From Amphiscolops sp. MND2022 (taxonomy: Eukaryota): a stretch of 64,000 bases of DNA. Below, in pieces: positions 1 to 12,565 of this stretch. Location of the stretch: NCBI GenBank assembly GCA_964187785.1, contig OZ076410.1, forward strand, positions 48,670,001 through 48,734,000, given 5' to 3'. A program made the translations under genes and the position numbers. Positions within the stretch are counted from its first letter, which is position 1, and each line of letters starts with the position of its first letter. The notes under the pieces are model-generated. The model did no database searches, was not told the DNA's origin, and worked only from the letters and a program-made list of their open reading frames with translations.

Positions 1-1580
1 CCAGCGTTTTCTAGTTTTGTCATTGTTTCCAGCACTTTCGATTTGTGTTTCTTCAATGTTTCCTTTCGTTACAGTAATGATGTCTTCTAGTCAAGCTGGG
101 TGTTTCTGCTCTAGTGTAGTGTCTATCCGTTCTTGAAAATTGATGGAATATCTACCAGTCTGTAAAATCCTCTCAGGAAACGGTAGTAACCTGTGAATTC
201 TTTTCCTGTTACGGTGAATATGAAGAGGTTTCTTGGTTTTACGTCCACTTTGATCTGTTCATATATGTAATCATCGAAATCTATTTTTGTGCCTAGGATT
301 TCACCATCGGTTTCCTATGATATTTTACACGAACTTCGTGAAAACAGTTCTTCCATTTTCGGTTTTTGGGCTTTTTGTTTTTTGTTACTTCGATAAAATT
401 TCTTGAGCTTAGTGCGATTTTCAGTAATTTATCCTTCTTCACTGTTATCACCGCCGGGCTCACGAAACTATCTTCTGTGTTTTTGATTGCCCTTTCATAA
501 AATCCGTGGTCTATAGGGTCGTTTGAGTTCTGTTGTTACTTGTTCCTGGAGATGTATTGGGGTTGGTCTCCCTTTTGTTGAGTTATTTTGGCTGCTTCTT
601 TCAGGTTTATCTTCACCGACAAATTTTTATCTCCCGGTTGTTGTAGGATTAATCCTTGAAGTCGTTGTGGAGTTTTATTATTCGTTTTTCCGTACGGTCT
701 GTTTTATGTTGTGGAATTGTGTTGCGTCGTTATTCGAATTTGAATTTGATTTTAGTCGTTGCATCTAATTCAATCCCATTAACGGGGACGTTTGTGCTTT
801 GAAATCGATAGCGCGAACTTGAATGTTTCTTTGTTCGTTTTGACCATTTCTTTTGTTTTTCGAGTAGATTCGGTCATTTGGTTGTTCCCATCTAAATGGT
901 TTAAAGAGGTTTGAGTTTTGTTATATCAATAATCAAGTAGTCAAGAATTAGTGTTACCGTTGATCCACTATCTATAATGAATTTGATTGGTACGTTGTTA
1001 TCTAATAATGTTGCGTGGTAGAGTCGTTTTTCGTGCTTTCCGTTGTGAATGTTGTTAATTTTGTCGTAATCCGAGTTGACTTCTTCTGATAATGAGGTTG
1101 CCCTTTCCACATATTGGACTCTTTTTAATTACCTACACATCTTTTCGTCATGTCCTTCTTTTACAGGTTCTGCATTCTGCTGCTCTTCCTGGACATATAT
1201 GTTTTGTGTTGTCTGGTAGTTTGGTGCCCCGCATTGTCCGCATCTGTTTTCTCATTGTTTGAACTTTTGATCTTCCGGTTGCCTTTTTGATTTCTCTGAC
1301 AGGTCGGTTCTGACTATTTCTGTTTGTTTGGCCTTCCTTGCACCTGTTTTTTTTCCATGGTTTTAATTGTTTGAGTCTTTCAGCGGTTGTACATGTGCTC
1401 ATGTAAAAGGGCTCCTATGGTTTCGATGGTCGATTCGCTCTTTTCTTTCTTTTTTCGTGAGTGCGTAGTCGCCTGTTGACCTTCCAGTCACAGTAAGGAA
1501 TTTTGAAGCAATTGACTTGGCTGGCGTGACGTTTTCGAACTCACATTTTGTCTCCACCTGTAGTGTTCTTGTCCATATGT
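1..1580 (-). mobile_element. Degraded Ty3/gypsy gag-protease-RT remnant, running off the left edge
   Basis: Minus-strand Cys/His knuckle-like HICPGRAAECRTCKRR (1148-1402), aspartic protease IKFIIDSGSTVTLI (901-1110), and RT-like YRFLRGFY...IFQERID...LEDIITVTKG near 60-200, with stops and frameshifts. Confidence 0.8.
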
Positions 1581-1908
1581 CTTCGGCCGTTTTGTGTTTT
1601 TTTCTGATTATTTCGAAAACAAAACCAAAACAAACTAAACTGTCGAACTGTCGAACTTTCGGAGGAAACTGTCTACCCGAAAACGACGAACATCACTGAG
1701 CAATAGGAAACACTTTTAATGAGATCTAGTCACTACATTTAAAAAGAAAGGTGCTAAACTCCTGAAAACAGCCTCAAGTCGGTGATTTTAGCACCTGGTT
1801 ATATTTTTTTGAAGCCTGTCAGCCCTCTCCAGCAGTTCCTCGTTTATGTTTTGTCTATCGATCCCAAATGGTGGAAACAGCTAAAATTGCAGTCGTCTGC
1901 CCTGGTGA

Positions 1909-2095
1909 TTCTAATGGTCGAAATAAAGAAGTAAATGCTTGCTGAATAATCTAATCTTGTTCGTCCAAAGATTGTAATATGTACAATGTAATATATCTCA
2001 TGGACAGGTACTAGGCCGTCAAAAGGCAAAAGCTCAAAAGTTGTTTTGTGGTGGGAATGATTGACATAAAATCATAAAGGTATGCATGTCATATT
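1909..2095. repeat. Dispersed repeat (LTR-like fragment) with partial copies at about 3200-3325 and 4475-4592
   Basis: GGTCGAAATAAAGAAGTAAATGCTTG is shared with about 3217-3242; GTCAAAAGGCAAAAG...TGTGGTGGGAATGATTGA...ATGCATGTCA is shared with about 4494-4589. Confidence 0.65.
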
Positions 2096-3200
2096 CCCCC
2101 AGCAATCCAAACAGAATTGCGCTTGAAAACAATAACACAAAGTTTTGTAAACAATTTCAGTAATAGCATCGAATAAGTCATGTTTTTTGACAGTTGTCGT
2201 ATGTTTTCTGAGATTTTTTCTGCTTCTCCGGTCCTCTTCTTCTACAGGTGTTGACGGGCTCAAAGTCGTTAAAACCATTACTTCTTCCGGTCGTTTCTCT
2301 TCAGTCTGTTGATCGGTCTTCAGCTTCTTGGTTCCACTTAATAACGGTGTTACCTGTAATAGTCAAAACGTGATCGGGTTTTCATATCGGTTTATACGGT
2401 TTCTGGACTTTAGTTTAAAAAACTTTCGTATGTTTGTTCAGTTTCGTTCAAACTTCTGTTGTCTATTCTTTCTGTTTTTTTGGAATCGGTAGTGGCGTTT
2501 CCATCGACGAATGTGATTACCTTTGGGTTTTCTTCTATTGCGTGCTTTGCCCCTTCCAGTTGTTCTGGAGTCATGTTTTCAACATATAACCTGACGTTTC
2601 CCCGGGGCCTGGGTCGTTCTATTTCGAATGAGTTTCTTTCTACTTCTTCCGAATCCAGTATTTGCTTGGTAAGTTCCATGTCAATTGTTGTGATTAGAAT
2701 TGTCTCTTTAAGCTATGGGGTGCTACTTCTTTCGATGTGTTCTGCGGTAGTGTTTTCTTCCGTTGCTGTGAATCTTCCATCTGGACCTCTTGCATATTCC
2801 TCCTTCCTTTACAGCGGGCTCTGAAAATTCCTTTTCAAAGGATTGCTGACCCCTTTTCAATGTATTACTTTGTTCTCGTCCGTTCTTGTTGTATAATTGG
2901 TTCCAGCTATCGCTGTTCCTGTTTTTTTTGTCACACATGCTTTCAAATTCATATCGGCTCTGTTTCGTTTCTAGAAATTGATTCGGAAAGTTGTTACTAA
3001 CGACTTCTTTCAACTTGTGCGAAACGTCTCCACCATTGTGTTTCTTTTTTGTATGCCGCGTTTCTCGAACATCGGAAATGGTACTCTTTGGTGAGCCTTT
3101 TCGTTCTTTGCCGTTACTTTTTCTGCTGCGTTATGTCCGCTCGATGCGCCTGTGCTTTCTGTCGATTTTGCTTTTTCCATCTTGCTTTTCTTTGCCATGT
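2070..3200 (-). pseudogene. Fragmented low-complexity ORFs, probably the 3' end of a gypsy pol region
   Basis: Run of broken, charged minus-strand ORFs (2072-2278, 2410-2679, 2723-3013, 3010-3198) ending at a GGGGGAA purine tract (minus strand, about 2094-2100); no catalytic motif seen. Confidence 0.4.
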
Positions 3201-4214
3201 TCTAATGGTAGAATTTGGTCGAAATAAAGAAGTAAATGCTTGTCCAAAACTCTCTTCTTGTTCCTTCAAAACTTGTAATGAAAGTGAATAGAATATTTTT
3301 TACAATGTATTATAATATCTCATTGTCATGCTCCAATAGCATGAGGAAGATACAGAAACTCTAGAAACTATTTATTTTATACCAACTCCCGAAAGTACAA
3401 ATCGTCATGTAACAGTACTATAAAGAATAGAATGCTAAACAGTAATCCAAAACAAGTGACTACTGGCTTATCCAGTAGTCGAGCGCAGTTATATGTTCAA
3501 CAAATAACATTTCAACGCTGCACCTAAAAAGCAACACAATAACGACTGGAACTCACAGTCGTCAACGAATATATATACTGATACCAGTAGTTATTATCCT
3601 GTGTTGTTTGAAGATACATGCAATTATGACTGGAATCATCAGTCGTCAATGTCGTATTTCATCAGTTTGTCAGTCTAAACTCAGCATTCAAACATATATT
3701 CCCACATGTGAGACTGGAGTACTCAGTCATCGTTTTCATCTATTCGACATAGCTGTGGAATTTTTTAAGTTTCAATATGTAAACATACATTCGCGCTATT
3801 ACTTACATATTTAATCATAATCCATGACATCGAGTGCAGTATCGAAATAGTTACCATGACTACCGAAATGCACAGTCATTACTTTAATCCCACAGTAGAA
3901 AATGTAAAAGCAGGTGCTAAAGCCATTAAAGTGTAAAATAGTATTGAAATATATAGTGCAATAATTGGTTGCTGTAACGACCGGTACTCGCGGTCGTCTC
4001 TTCAGTTGAAGTTGAAACTAGTTCTCAATTAACACCTGCAAAGTGCGGAGACGCTAAAAGGTGGAGGCGTCTAATCCGAAAGTAGCCATTACAATATTTT
4101 CATCCTTAACTTACAGTTGCTACTTCGTGATATATCAACGTTCTACGATATACTGTTCTCATCATTCTTAAACGTTCATTTTTTCCAATAAACATTTAAA
4201 CAGAAAGAACAAGC

Positions 4215-4515
4215 ATGAGCGATAACGAAAGTGATGCTAGTTTTCCTGAAGTACTCACTAGAGAAGAAATGACCGACTTTGATAGTAATAATATCTTGAA
4301 CCGACAAAATGCTGCGGAGAGAAATCCTATTGACTAAGATTCTATGAATTGAACAGGCAAATCGGAGAATTGACTGACTTAGTATTAGCACTTACGCAGC
4401 AGATTTCCTCTAATCAAAGAGAAGGGAACGAACTTAACGCTGTGACTATCAAGGCTAACAGTCGTTTCGACACTCATGGACCGGTACTACGCTGTCAAAA
4501 GGCAAAAGGACAATA
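4215..4515 (+). pseudogene. Frameshifted coiled-coil ORF fragment, possibly a gag N-terminus
   Basis: MSDNESDASFPEVLTREEM...NPID, then one frameshift to RFYELNRQIGELTDLVLALTQQISS; preceded by TGTAACG at about 3973. The gag assignment is inference. Confidence 0.35.
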
Positions 4516-5100
4516 GTTGTAATATAGTTGTATTGTGGTGGGAATGATTGAGATCTAGAAACATGAGCATAAACATATGCATGTCACATGCCCAATGCCA
4601 CAAATTTGGAGAAAAAATTTCATTGAATTCTAAGTTTCTTCATCGCCATCATCAGTTATCAGAGGGTTTCGTTATAGCAGAAGTAAATCTTCGCTTCCAA
4701 CTGCTTTATGTTTCAAGTTATCACGACTGAATTCGTCACTAAGACAGTTTGCAGTAGTCAAAAACTTGATAAGAAGAAGGGTCGCAATTTTGAAGGATTT
4801 CTGTCAACGCCACAAGGAATTTCAACAATTCTGAGCGGCCAAATTCTGGGATACCAGAATGAGCCTCATTGCTGTACTTTGGCCGCGTGTTAGACATTTG
4901 GTAGAATTACACATTTTGTGTTACTTTTCTTCAAAGTACTTACGTTTCAACTCTTCATTCCAAAACGGCTTGGACAAACCACTGTTTCGTGTTAGGGACA
5001 AAGTCTTCAATGTCTTTGCAATGAGTGTCTTTAGCAATTTTCCGCGTTTGCTTAACATTGAAATCGGTTTACCCATGACTAACAAGACGGGAACGTCTAA

Positions 5101-5549
5101 AGTCGGCGCTATATCTAAGGCTCAAAAAACGCAAAAGGCTATTTTTGAAAAAATAACTTAAAATTTTTGAATTTTTTTCGTTCAGAAAAAGTCGCATAGT
5201 GCCAAAAAATGTAAAAGGGGGGACGCTTTGGGCTTTATTAACTCATATTCTGTTGCAAAATATCAAAAAACTCGAAAGGGGACTCTTTTGAGACATTAAA
5301 AAATATCGAAAGGGGGGACCCTTTAGTCTCGTCCGGTTTTGTAGGTTACGTTAAAAAAGTAAAAAATGAAAGAGGGGACCCTTTTGCACTAATTTCCGCT
5401 GACCGGACTTGGCTTTATTGTAGTAGTTTTAGTAGTTTCGATTGTAAGAAAAGTGGCCCAATCAGACTGAGATTGTAGTCTGACGAAAAAAAAGAAAAAA
5501 AACTAGCCACTGTAAGAGTCGGGCACTTTTCACTAGAAAAGCGCCGACT
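5101..5549. mobile_element. Non-autonomous repeat with a 10-bp inverted repeat and a terminal hairpin
   Basis: AGTCGGCGCT (5101) / AGCGCCGACT (5540-5549); hairpin 5517-5549; internal GGGGACCCTTT subrepeats; a similar hairpin occurs inverted at 46539-46569. Confidence 0.6.
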
Positions 5550-5959
5550 AAAAACGTTCAAACAGTACGACGTTTCAAGAGTTTTAACAGGTACTCCCAG
5601 TTTGCCGATTTGAGTTTGGGCAACTTTTAAACGAGTAATTTAAACTGCTTCGGCAATTTGCTACATGCATCCTATCAGGATTATGTCCTCGCACTGAGCA
5701 ACCGTGGAGAGTTCAGTACATTCAACAGTACAAAATGTTACAACTAGTTTTCTAATTTTCTGGTCGCAAAAAAATCAAACAAACTAGATCCGTTCGAAGA
5801 GAGGAACGTTCACTGTCTTGCTTTCAAAACTGATAGAATTTTATTGTTCTCAATGGAACTGGGTGTTATAGCTGATCTCAACGAGATAAACCGAGTTGGT
5901 AAAACAGATGAAACTGATAACACTGTATTGTATCTAGACCAATGTTTCAAATTGCCACT

Positions 5960-7400
5960 TGTAATGAGTATCCTCCTCGTCGACATCAAAAACTGAATTT
6001 CGAGGGAAATCATCCCGTGAACTACCTCTGACCTTACGGTTGAAAGTTCCTTCGGATCTATATTCCGGTCACTCGCTCGGGACGTTCCATCCCTTTTTTG
6101 TGGAATTTGTCCGGAACGCACCTAGGAGAGGCTTGAATTTGTGGTAACACTTGTTCATCAATTGCCTCACTTATAGCCCTCTGAATTTGCAAACTAACGC
6201 TGTTCCGTAGCCCATTCATCTCTTGAGTGATCCTTTGGTTCAATTCTCCTGACCACCTACTTATCTCACTACTAAAATCAATCTCTCCTGAGGTTTGGCC
6301 ATTTCGGGCAAGACGCCTAATTTCATTCTCACCAGAATTGGACTGAGAATTAGCGTTATGATCTACTAATGCATCGTAGCTAGGGCTTTCAGGCAGTCTG
6401 GCCGAATTTCCAATTTCACTATCTTCGCTTCCAAAATGATTGCTGCCTAATCACTATGACCATATTTTCTGTCAACATTCCTGCTTCTGTTGATTTCCCA
6501 GCCTTGTTTTCCTGTTCTCTTGTAGTAGACAAGAAAAATATCCGATTGTGAATATTCCAATAATTCAATCGAAAAAAAACTTGAAAGAAGTTTGAATAAC
6601 AGAACGGTTCGAAAAATTTTGTCCTCCCCAGGAGCGTTAAGTGAATGCATTAACAAGTGAATGCATCAAAGACACGGAAGAAAGTGATTACTTATAACAG
6701 TATATCAGAAGCATTTCCTAATGAACATCATAATAATGCTAACTAACAATTCTTCAAATCATCAACTAGTGGCAAAAGGCATTCAAAATATGCATCAACG
6801 GACTTAGGCAGGTGATGGCACACGAGCCTTTGTAGGCTAAATGAGTGAAATAATATCCATATGACATGCACTGAGCAAGTATTAATGCGGCCTTGGGCAA
6901 GATATCACACTTCAGCCACTAGCCGAATTAGGTCCGAACACTGGTATATTACCATCATACTAAATCAACAATTTATACTACAAACACAAAGTTTAACTGC
7001 TTTTAATCTTGTAATGACAGTCGTACTATCAATATGCGAACTAGTTTAAACCTGCACAAAACATTAGCGACTTGAGGGAGTATTAGTCTAATTAACTAGC
7101 TTTCACAACATTTCTTTGAAGTTTGGTCAAACGGCCGTCACCGACAAATAACGGTACTGCGCTAATGTACGGGTTGTGTTTGTACTATAGAGTGCTGACA
7201 AGTCTGGTTGCCGTAAAACTACGGGATCTCATTCGAACTCGTTTCCGTACTTCTACGCAGTGTTTTACATTTACCTGGCAATTAGAACTTTCACAGCTAT
7301 CATTTCCTCGCCTGAAGCAATTCAGTCAAAGATTTGAAAACTCCAGCATATGATGTTTGCAGGCTAATATTCAAAAGTTAAAACGTAGCAACACTTCGAA
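5960..7400 (-). mobile_element. Truncated second copy of the gypsy 5' leader and gag start
   Basis: Collinear homology over about 1.45 kb with 18260-19795, e.g. GCAAACTAACGCTGTTC, ATGCATCGTAGCTAGGGCTTTCAGGC, CAGGCTAATATTCAAAA. Confidence 0.85.
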
Positions 7401-7573
7401 ACTGCTGGTGCTCAGGAGAGAAAAGTTCCCACACTCAGTCTTTTTTTGTAGGCTTCTCTCCTGAGTCTCGTTACCTCTTCGAGCTCTTTTTTCTGGGGTA
7501 GATCTCTGCAAGTAGACATTCACATTTTCTCTCTTAATTGCATCTACAGATCTGCCGCAACTCAAAAGCCCAG

Positions 7574-7708
7574 TGTAACGTATTTTACCTACGTTTTGAT
7601 ACAGTTTCGTATTTCGGATGTGATACGCGTTTCTGAAACTCGAATCACTGGCCCTCTTCCTTGCGGCGAGAGAGACATGGGCGAGTCATTTTTGACCGGG
7701 GCGTGACA
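7574..7708. repeat. Possible short LTR (TG...CA)
   Basis: Begins TGTAACG and ends GTGACA; no partner copy or TSD found in the window. Confidence 0.25.
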
Positions 7709-7769
7709 CTACTTATCGTCGAAGTATACTTTACCGAGCTTGAAATAACGCCCGCACACGCTTGACTTT

Positions 7770-9644
7770 TGCTAGGTCATGGTACCAGTTCTTCTTCCGT
7801 ATCGTCCAGTATCATGACCCTTCTGCCAAATAGCAACGAACTGGAGGAGACTGCTCGCTCAATCCTTTTCACTTGTTCCTCTGTGTCTGTTGACCGACCA
7901 GTCGGACTCCCAGCATTCAGATTGTTCCTCCTTCTCACTGCTGGAGATATAAATACCGGCGAAAACTGATGATGTTGAACTCCTTTTATCAGCTTCGCAC
8001 AGTCTTTTATATAGTTTGTATCTTTGCATAATCATTGTTTTCGCAATTTTAAACTGCTGGGAGCAACTGCGTTTGGCGAAGATTATGATAGAAAGAATCC
8101 TCTGATAATTCTCCGACTGAGACAGTTAGGTCAATTTCCCGGCAAGTTTGTTTACGCGAGTAGATTGCCCCGAGTCGGCATTAAACTTTTGAATGGAATT
8201 TCTTCTGATGTCGACTTCCTTTGAAATCCGATTGTGTACCGCTCATCATCATCTACTTCAAGAGAGCTGTGGAAGAGCCTTCGAGTTGTCGTCATCAAAT
8301 TAACTCAACTCATGATGGTAATCAGCGGCGCACGTCACATAACTTCCTCATTATGGCCTCAGTCGTTGATGAAATCAAAAATGAATAATATATGGCGAAA
8401 CATACGGAATTGGCAAAAATAAAATAAAATGGCGATAATTCAAAATTAATGTATCTTAAACGGAAAGAGACGAAACGAAGAGGAACAAAACTGGGTAATT
8501 TTTCCCAAACAGGCGTAATAACTAAGTTGTAAAAATGGTAAAAGTCCTGGTACATTTCGCTGGCAGACTCTTTGGACAATCTAAATAAGTAAGTCAAATA
8601 ACATTTTTCAGCCACGAACTTCAACTTCTTCCAGTTTCTACTTCACATGCTCAACATTTGCCATGCTTATTTCAATTCCAAGTTCATTTACCTCTGAGTT
8701 ACATTTGTCATTTTTGATACCGTTCTTCACTTCACAGTTTTCTTGGAGTGTACCCTTCTCCCAATCAGTTGCCGGTTACGGTATATTACCGTTCTTTGGA
8801 ATGGTCTCACACAGAGTACTCCCCTGGACTAAACACTACCGCTGATTGCAGAGAAATTTTCGAACATGGGTAAGTCTGGGTTTCTTTTCTAGTGAACTAG
8901 GCTAATTTGATCGGAGTTTAACTTTTTTCACCCTTTGTGTTTGCAGGACGTGGCTTCCAAACTAAGCTAATCTGTAATCCGCATGGAGGGTCTCAAGGAC
9001 TCCTTTACCCGAGCTGCTGTTGGCTGAACACATCCAAAAAGTGACTGGACTTTCTTTCTTATAGGGTGAGGAAGACAATTGTTCCGCTCTTTGTGACGCC
9101 CCTTGCCTGCCAGTTGTTGGAACTAAAGTCCAATACTGCTCAGATTTCAGCGCCGTAGAGCGAGCTGGAGATGGTAGCAATCAGCCGGCGAGCTTATATG
9201 GGAATCGTGATTCCCTTCGAGGATGTGAATCAGGAGCTGAGGAAGATGAAGAATCAGGATTCAGCTGTCACCAACTAGACATTCCTGGACCTTCTTCCTC
9301 GAACATTGGTGGGCCAGGCCTGAGGACACATCAGCTTTCATGGCGTAGTCGGGCACTTCTGAAACAGTTCCTCGGTGAAGTCCAACCCATTTCCCTGTCA
9401 GTTGGTCTCCCCAATTTAGCCTTTACGGATTCTCAGATGTACCACATGCTCAAGGTGCTGATAAATGGGACTTTGAATGAAACTCACAACACCAAGGAAC
9501 ACATTTTCCTCGAAGCCGTAAAGGGGACGCCGGCCACATCCAAGTTCCGGACTGACGATTCCTGAAGAATAAAGGAGAGACAAGACTCCTCATGCAGGAC
9601 ACGTGAGACATCAGTGCTGGAAAATCTGCAAGGTTCCTTGACAC
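7770..9644 (-). pseudogene. Degraded unknown accessory gene (minus strand), head-to-head with the zinc-finger ORF
   Basis: Coding-like fragments (9450-9644 MSRNLADFPALMSHVSCMRS..., 8962-9180) with frameshifts; no recognised domain. Confidence 0.35.
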
Positions 9645-9729
9645 TGGTTTTGACGCTACAGGAATTGGTGAGACTGTTGAATATCTAACCGACTCTTCGC
9701 ACTACCGGGGGTGGGACGGCGCTGGTGAG

Positions 9730-11850
9730 ATGGCTCTAATCGCAAAGAATTTTCAGAGAACGGCGCCTTTCACCCATATGTTACCTGCTGGAGCAGGGAA
9801 AAATTCAAAATACTTTGAAGGGGAACCAGAATCAGGTGGATTCACCTGCCAGGACGAAACCCTATCACAGGTGCGTGATGAGGCTATTGCTGGGAAAGGA
9901 CAAATCGGGCTCAAAGCCAAAAAGGCCAAGACAGATAGACAAATCCAACGCAGAGGAGTTACCATGCAGGAGGAAATATCTTCCAAGATCGGATTGATCC
10001 GATCTTCCATATCCGGGCAAGCAGTTCCACTACACAACCCATATGTAGTTTCGTGTCATATATGTAAAAAGAATTTTCCAACCCGCAACAAAGGAATCGA
10101 TGAATTTTTGTGCGACCACAAAACAGAGAAACATCTGCGGAAAGATCAAAGGTGGTGATACAAACACCTTAAAAAGTCGATCCCATCAACAAAACAGTCC
10201 AACATCGCGCCCGAGGGAGAAACGGAAAGGTCCTTTCCAAGTTGGGGCTAGCTAAGGAATTGCCCCGTTTTATCCATTCAGAGCTGCGGACAATTTCCTC
10301 TTTTCACGAGGATTTCCTCAAGGGCAAATCAACGGCCCTGTTCACGGCCAATTCCTGATCTAGAACGCAGCTAATTATCGTGGCTGACTTCATCCAAAGA
10401 CAAGGAGAACTGTTTATTTTGCATAGTTTATGATCCATCAATCATCTACAATCTGCGGGATACAATCTGCGACTTCGATTGGAGTGAAGAACAGTTTACA
10501 GAAAGTGTCGTCCCCTTCAAATGGTGTCCCTGAGTACGCTAATCAAAAATTATTTAGTTTTATGATCTCTTATGCAACCTCACAACATTTCTTCAACTGC
10601 GCTTTAGAGAATAAAGTTGACTGTGTTGCGACTGAGCAGTGCTTTGGCCTCGAATTCGAAGATGTGGGTATTTACCGTTTTATGATTGTTTCAAATCTGG
10701 AAGGAAACAACCTGTGCCGGGTTCTCATTTGTCGAAGCGGGCTGCCCTCGACCGATCTAAAAGAGGATTTCGAACGTCTAGCGCGCTTGCTGTCAGTCGC
10801 GTCAACCAAAGCCGACTTGGTGGCATGCTCAGGCAGCCCTACAGATTTCATTTGGACTGTGGACCATTCGGAATACTCAATAATAGGTGTCCAAAGCTGA
10901 TTCTAGTTCAGAGAAATTTCCCTGGCAAGACTCATGCATAAGCCCAGTTATAGCATTTTCGGGAGAATAGACCTCTCGGTTCTGCAAGCCCTGCTCGTGT
11001 CACTCGGGGGATCTCGTAACGAGGATTGGGTTTTGCAATCCCCTGAATTACGCCGTGTTAGTGCATCTTCTTTGGATCTGAAGTGATGTAGAGTTAGTTG
11101 TTTTTGTCATACTACCGACTGCTTGGATAGGGAATCACTTCAAGCTGGCTCGATTTTGTCACATTGCCTCAATCTGCCGTGAAACACTCTCGCAATGGAA
11201 GCAAGTCCGCCATTACTTAACGGTCAATGCACCACGACAGGAGATGCAAGGATTTCATAACCATGCAAACTGTTGTTTCAATCAGGTCCAAGTCTTCAGT
11301 CTTTTATCATGGGTCCGGTATGTCATTGTAAAACATTTACCCTTATCCGGTTTGCAATACTTGTCACTTTTCGGGTCCAGAGCATCGAGTGATAGTTGAT
11401 GTGCGATGCCTTCATCCCAGCCCAATAAGAATTCTTCCTCAGAATCGCCTCAGACTGTCTGCATATCGTAGGATATAAATCTGGGTCTGCTCTTCTGGAT
11501 GTCGCTCCCCTTATGGAACAACTGAGGGTCCTTTGTTTTTCCAGATGTGCCCATCGTCATCGTCAACCTAGAGCAAAGACGAGACGCCTCCTTCTTTTTT
11601 TGCGGGGAAGTCAGTCGCTATATTCAACGTCTGTTCCCGATGTTGTTCCCCCGACACTGTTCCAGTGGGAATAACTGGTTCCAGTTGTTGTCATACAAAC
11701 TAAGTGAGGAAGTCTTCATGGTTGAGGAAGATTTCCTTGTCAGACTGCAGTTGACAAATAGAGTGCAATCAGCCAGCAAACCGAAAGCTGAGGGGCTCCA
11801 CCTGGACCAAAACAGTGACAAGGTTACCATCTAAAAGACGGTTGACAAAG
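9730..11850 (+). pseudogene. Degraded gene with a BED/C2H2-like zinc finger (hAT-transposase-like N-terminus possible)
   Basis: ORF 9730-10158 ends VSCHICKKNF...EFLCDHKTEKHLRKDQRW and continues in frame after TGA (YKHLKK). Further fragments at 10430-10900 and 11547-11834. Confidence 0.45.
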
Positions 11851-12224
11851 CCAAGTCCGACGTTGCTACGGACGCCCAAAACTTCATCCGCCTCCTGCTG
11901 GGGGAATATTACAACAAGATGAATTCCAATATAGTCAGACGGTTAGCCTCCTTTGACCCATTTATTTCATTCAAACGCGCTGTCGACGTAGCTCTCCGAC
12001 ATTTCAACCTATTAAATAACAACTTTTAGTTACGTTCTTGGGTTACCGCTGGTGACGATTGACCTCCGAGTTACCTACTCAACAGATTTCGACATCCTCT
12101 CTGTTTCTAAAAACTTCCTCACCGTCCTTGAGTTCCTCCAGACACATCCCGCCTTCTAAACTTGTGTAAATTGTCTTGCCTTTGCATCACCAGCCAAAGT
12201 CCCCAATTCCCTGCAGTTACCATC

Positions 12225-12565
12225 CGTAGTGTCAGCTTGGCGGAGTTTGAGAAGGACGGTTAACCGACGTAGTTTTACCAATTCAGAGTTTTTTCTTCAA
12301 CATCTTAGATTCGGTTTCTAACTGCAGTAGCGATCCACAACTGAGCAAGTTCTCTTTGTTAGCCGGGTTTTGACAGAACTGCTTTTGCCCTAGAATACGA
12401 ACCTTACACAGGCTGATGCACAAAATGTAAAAGTCCCTGTTGGCTTTCCACAAGACAGCGATGGCGGGAAATACAGTTCGTTTGGCTGTCGGCGATGTCT
12501 CTTCGGTTACCTATGCTGCAACCGTGTAGGTGCCTAGTTCGTCCAATCGCATACAGCAAGAGGGG
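12225..12565 (-). pseudogene. Small degraded ORF between the gypsy integrase and the accessory cassette
   Basis: MRLDELGTYTVAA*VTEETSPTAKRTVFPAIAVFV / ISLCKVRILGQKQFCQNPANK / LAQLWIATAVRNRI, broken by stops and frameshifts. Confidence 0.3.

Noticed and set aside
3458-3728. CRISPR or integron attC interpretation of the 84-bp palindrome array
   Set aside because: The repeats are only 15-17 bp with variable centres, the spacers are about 67 bp, and there is no cas gene or integrase. Kept only as an unexplained periodic array.
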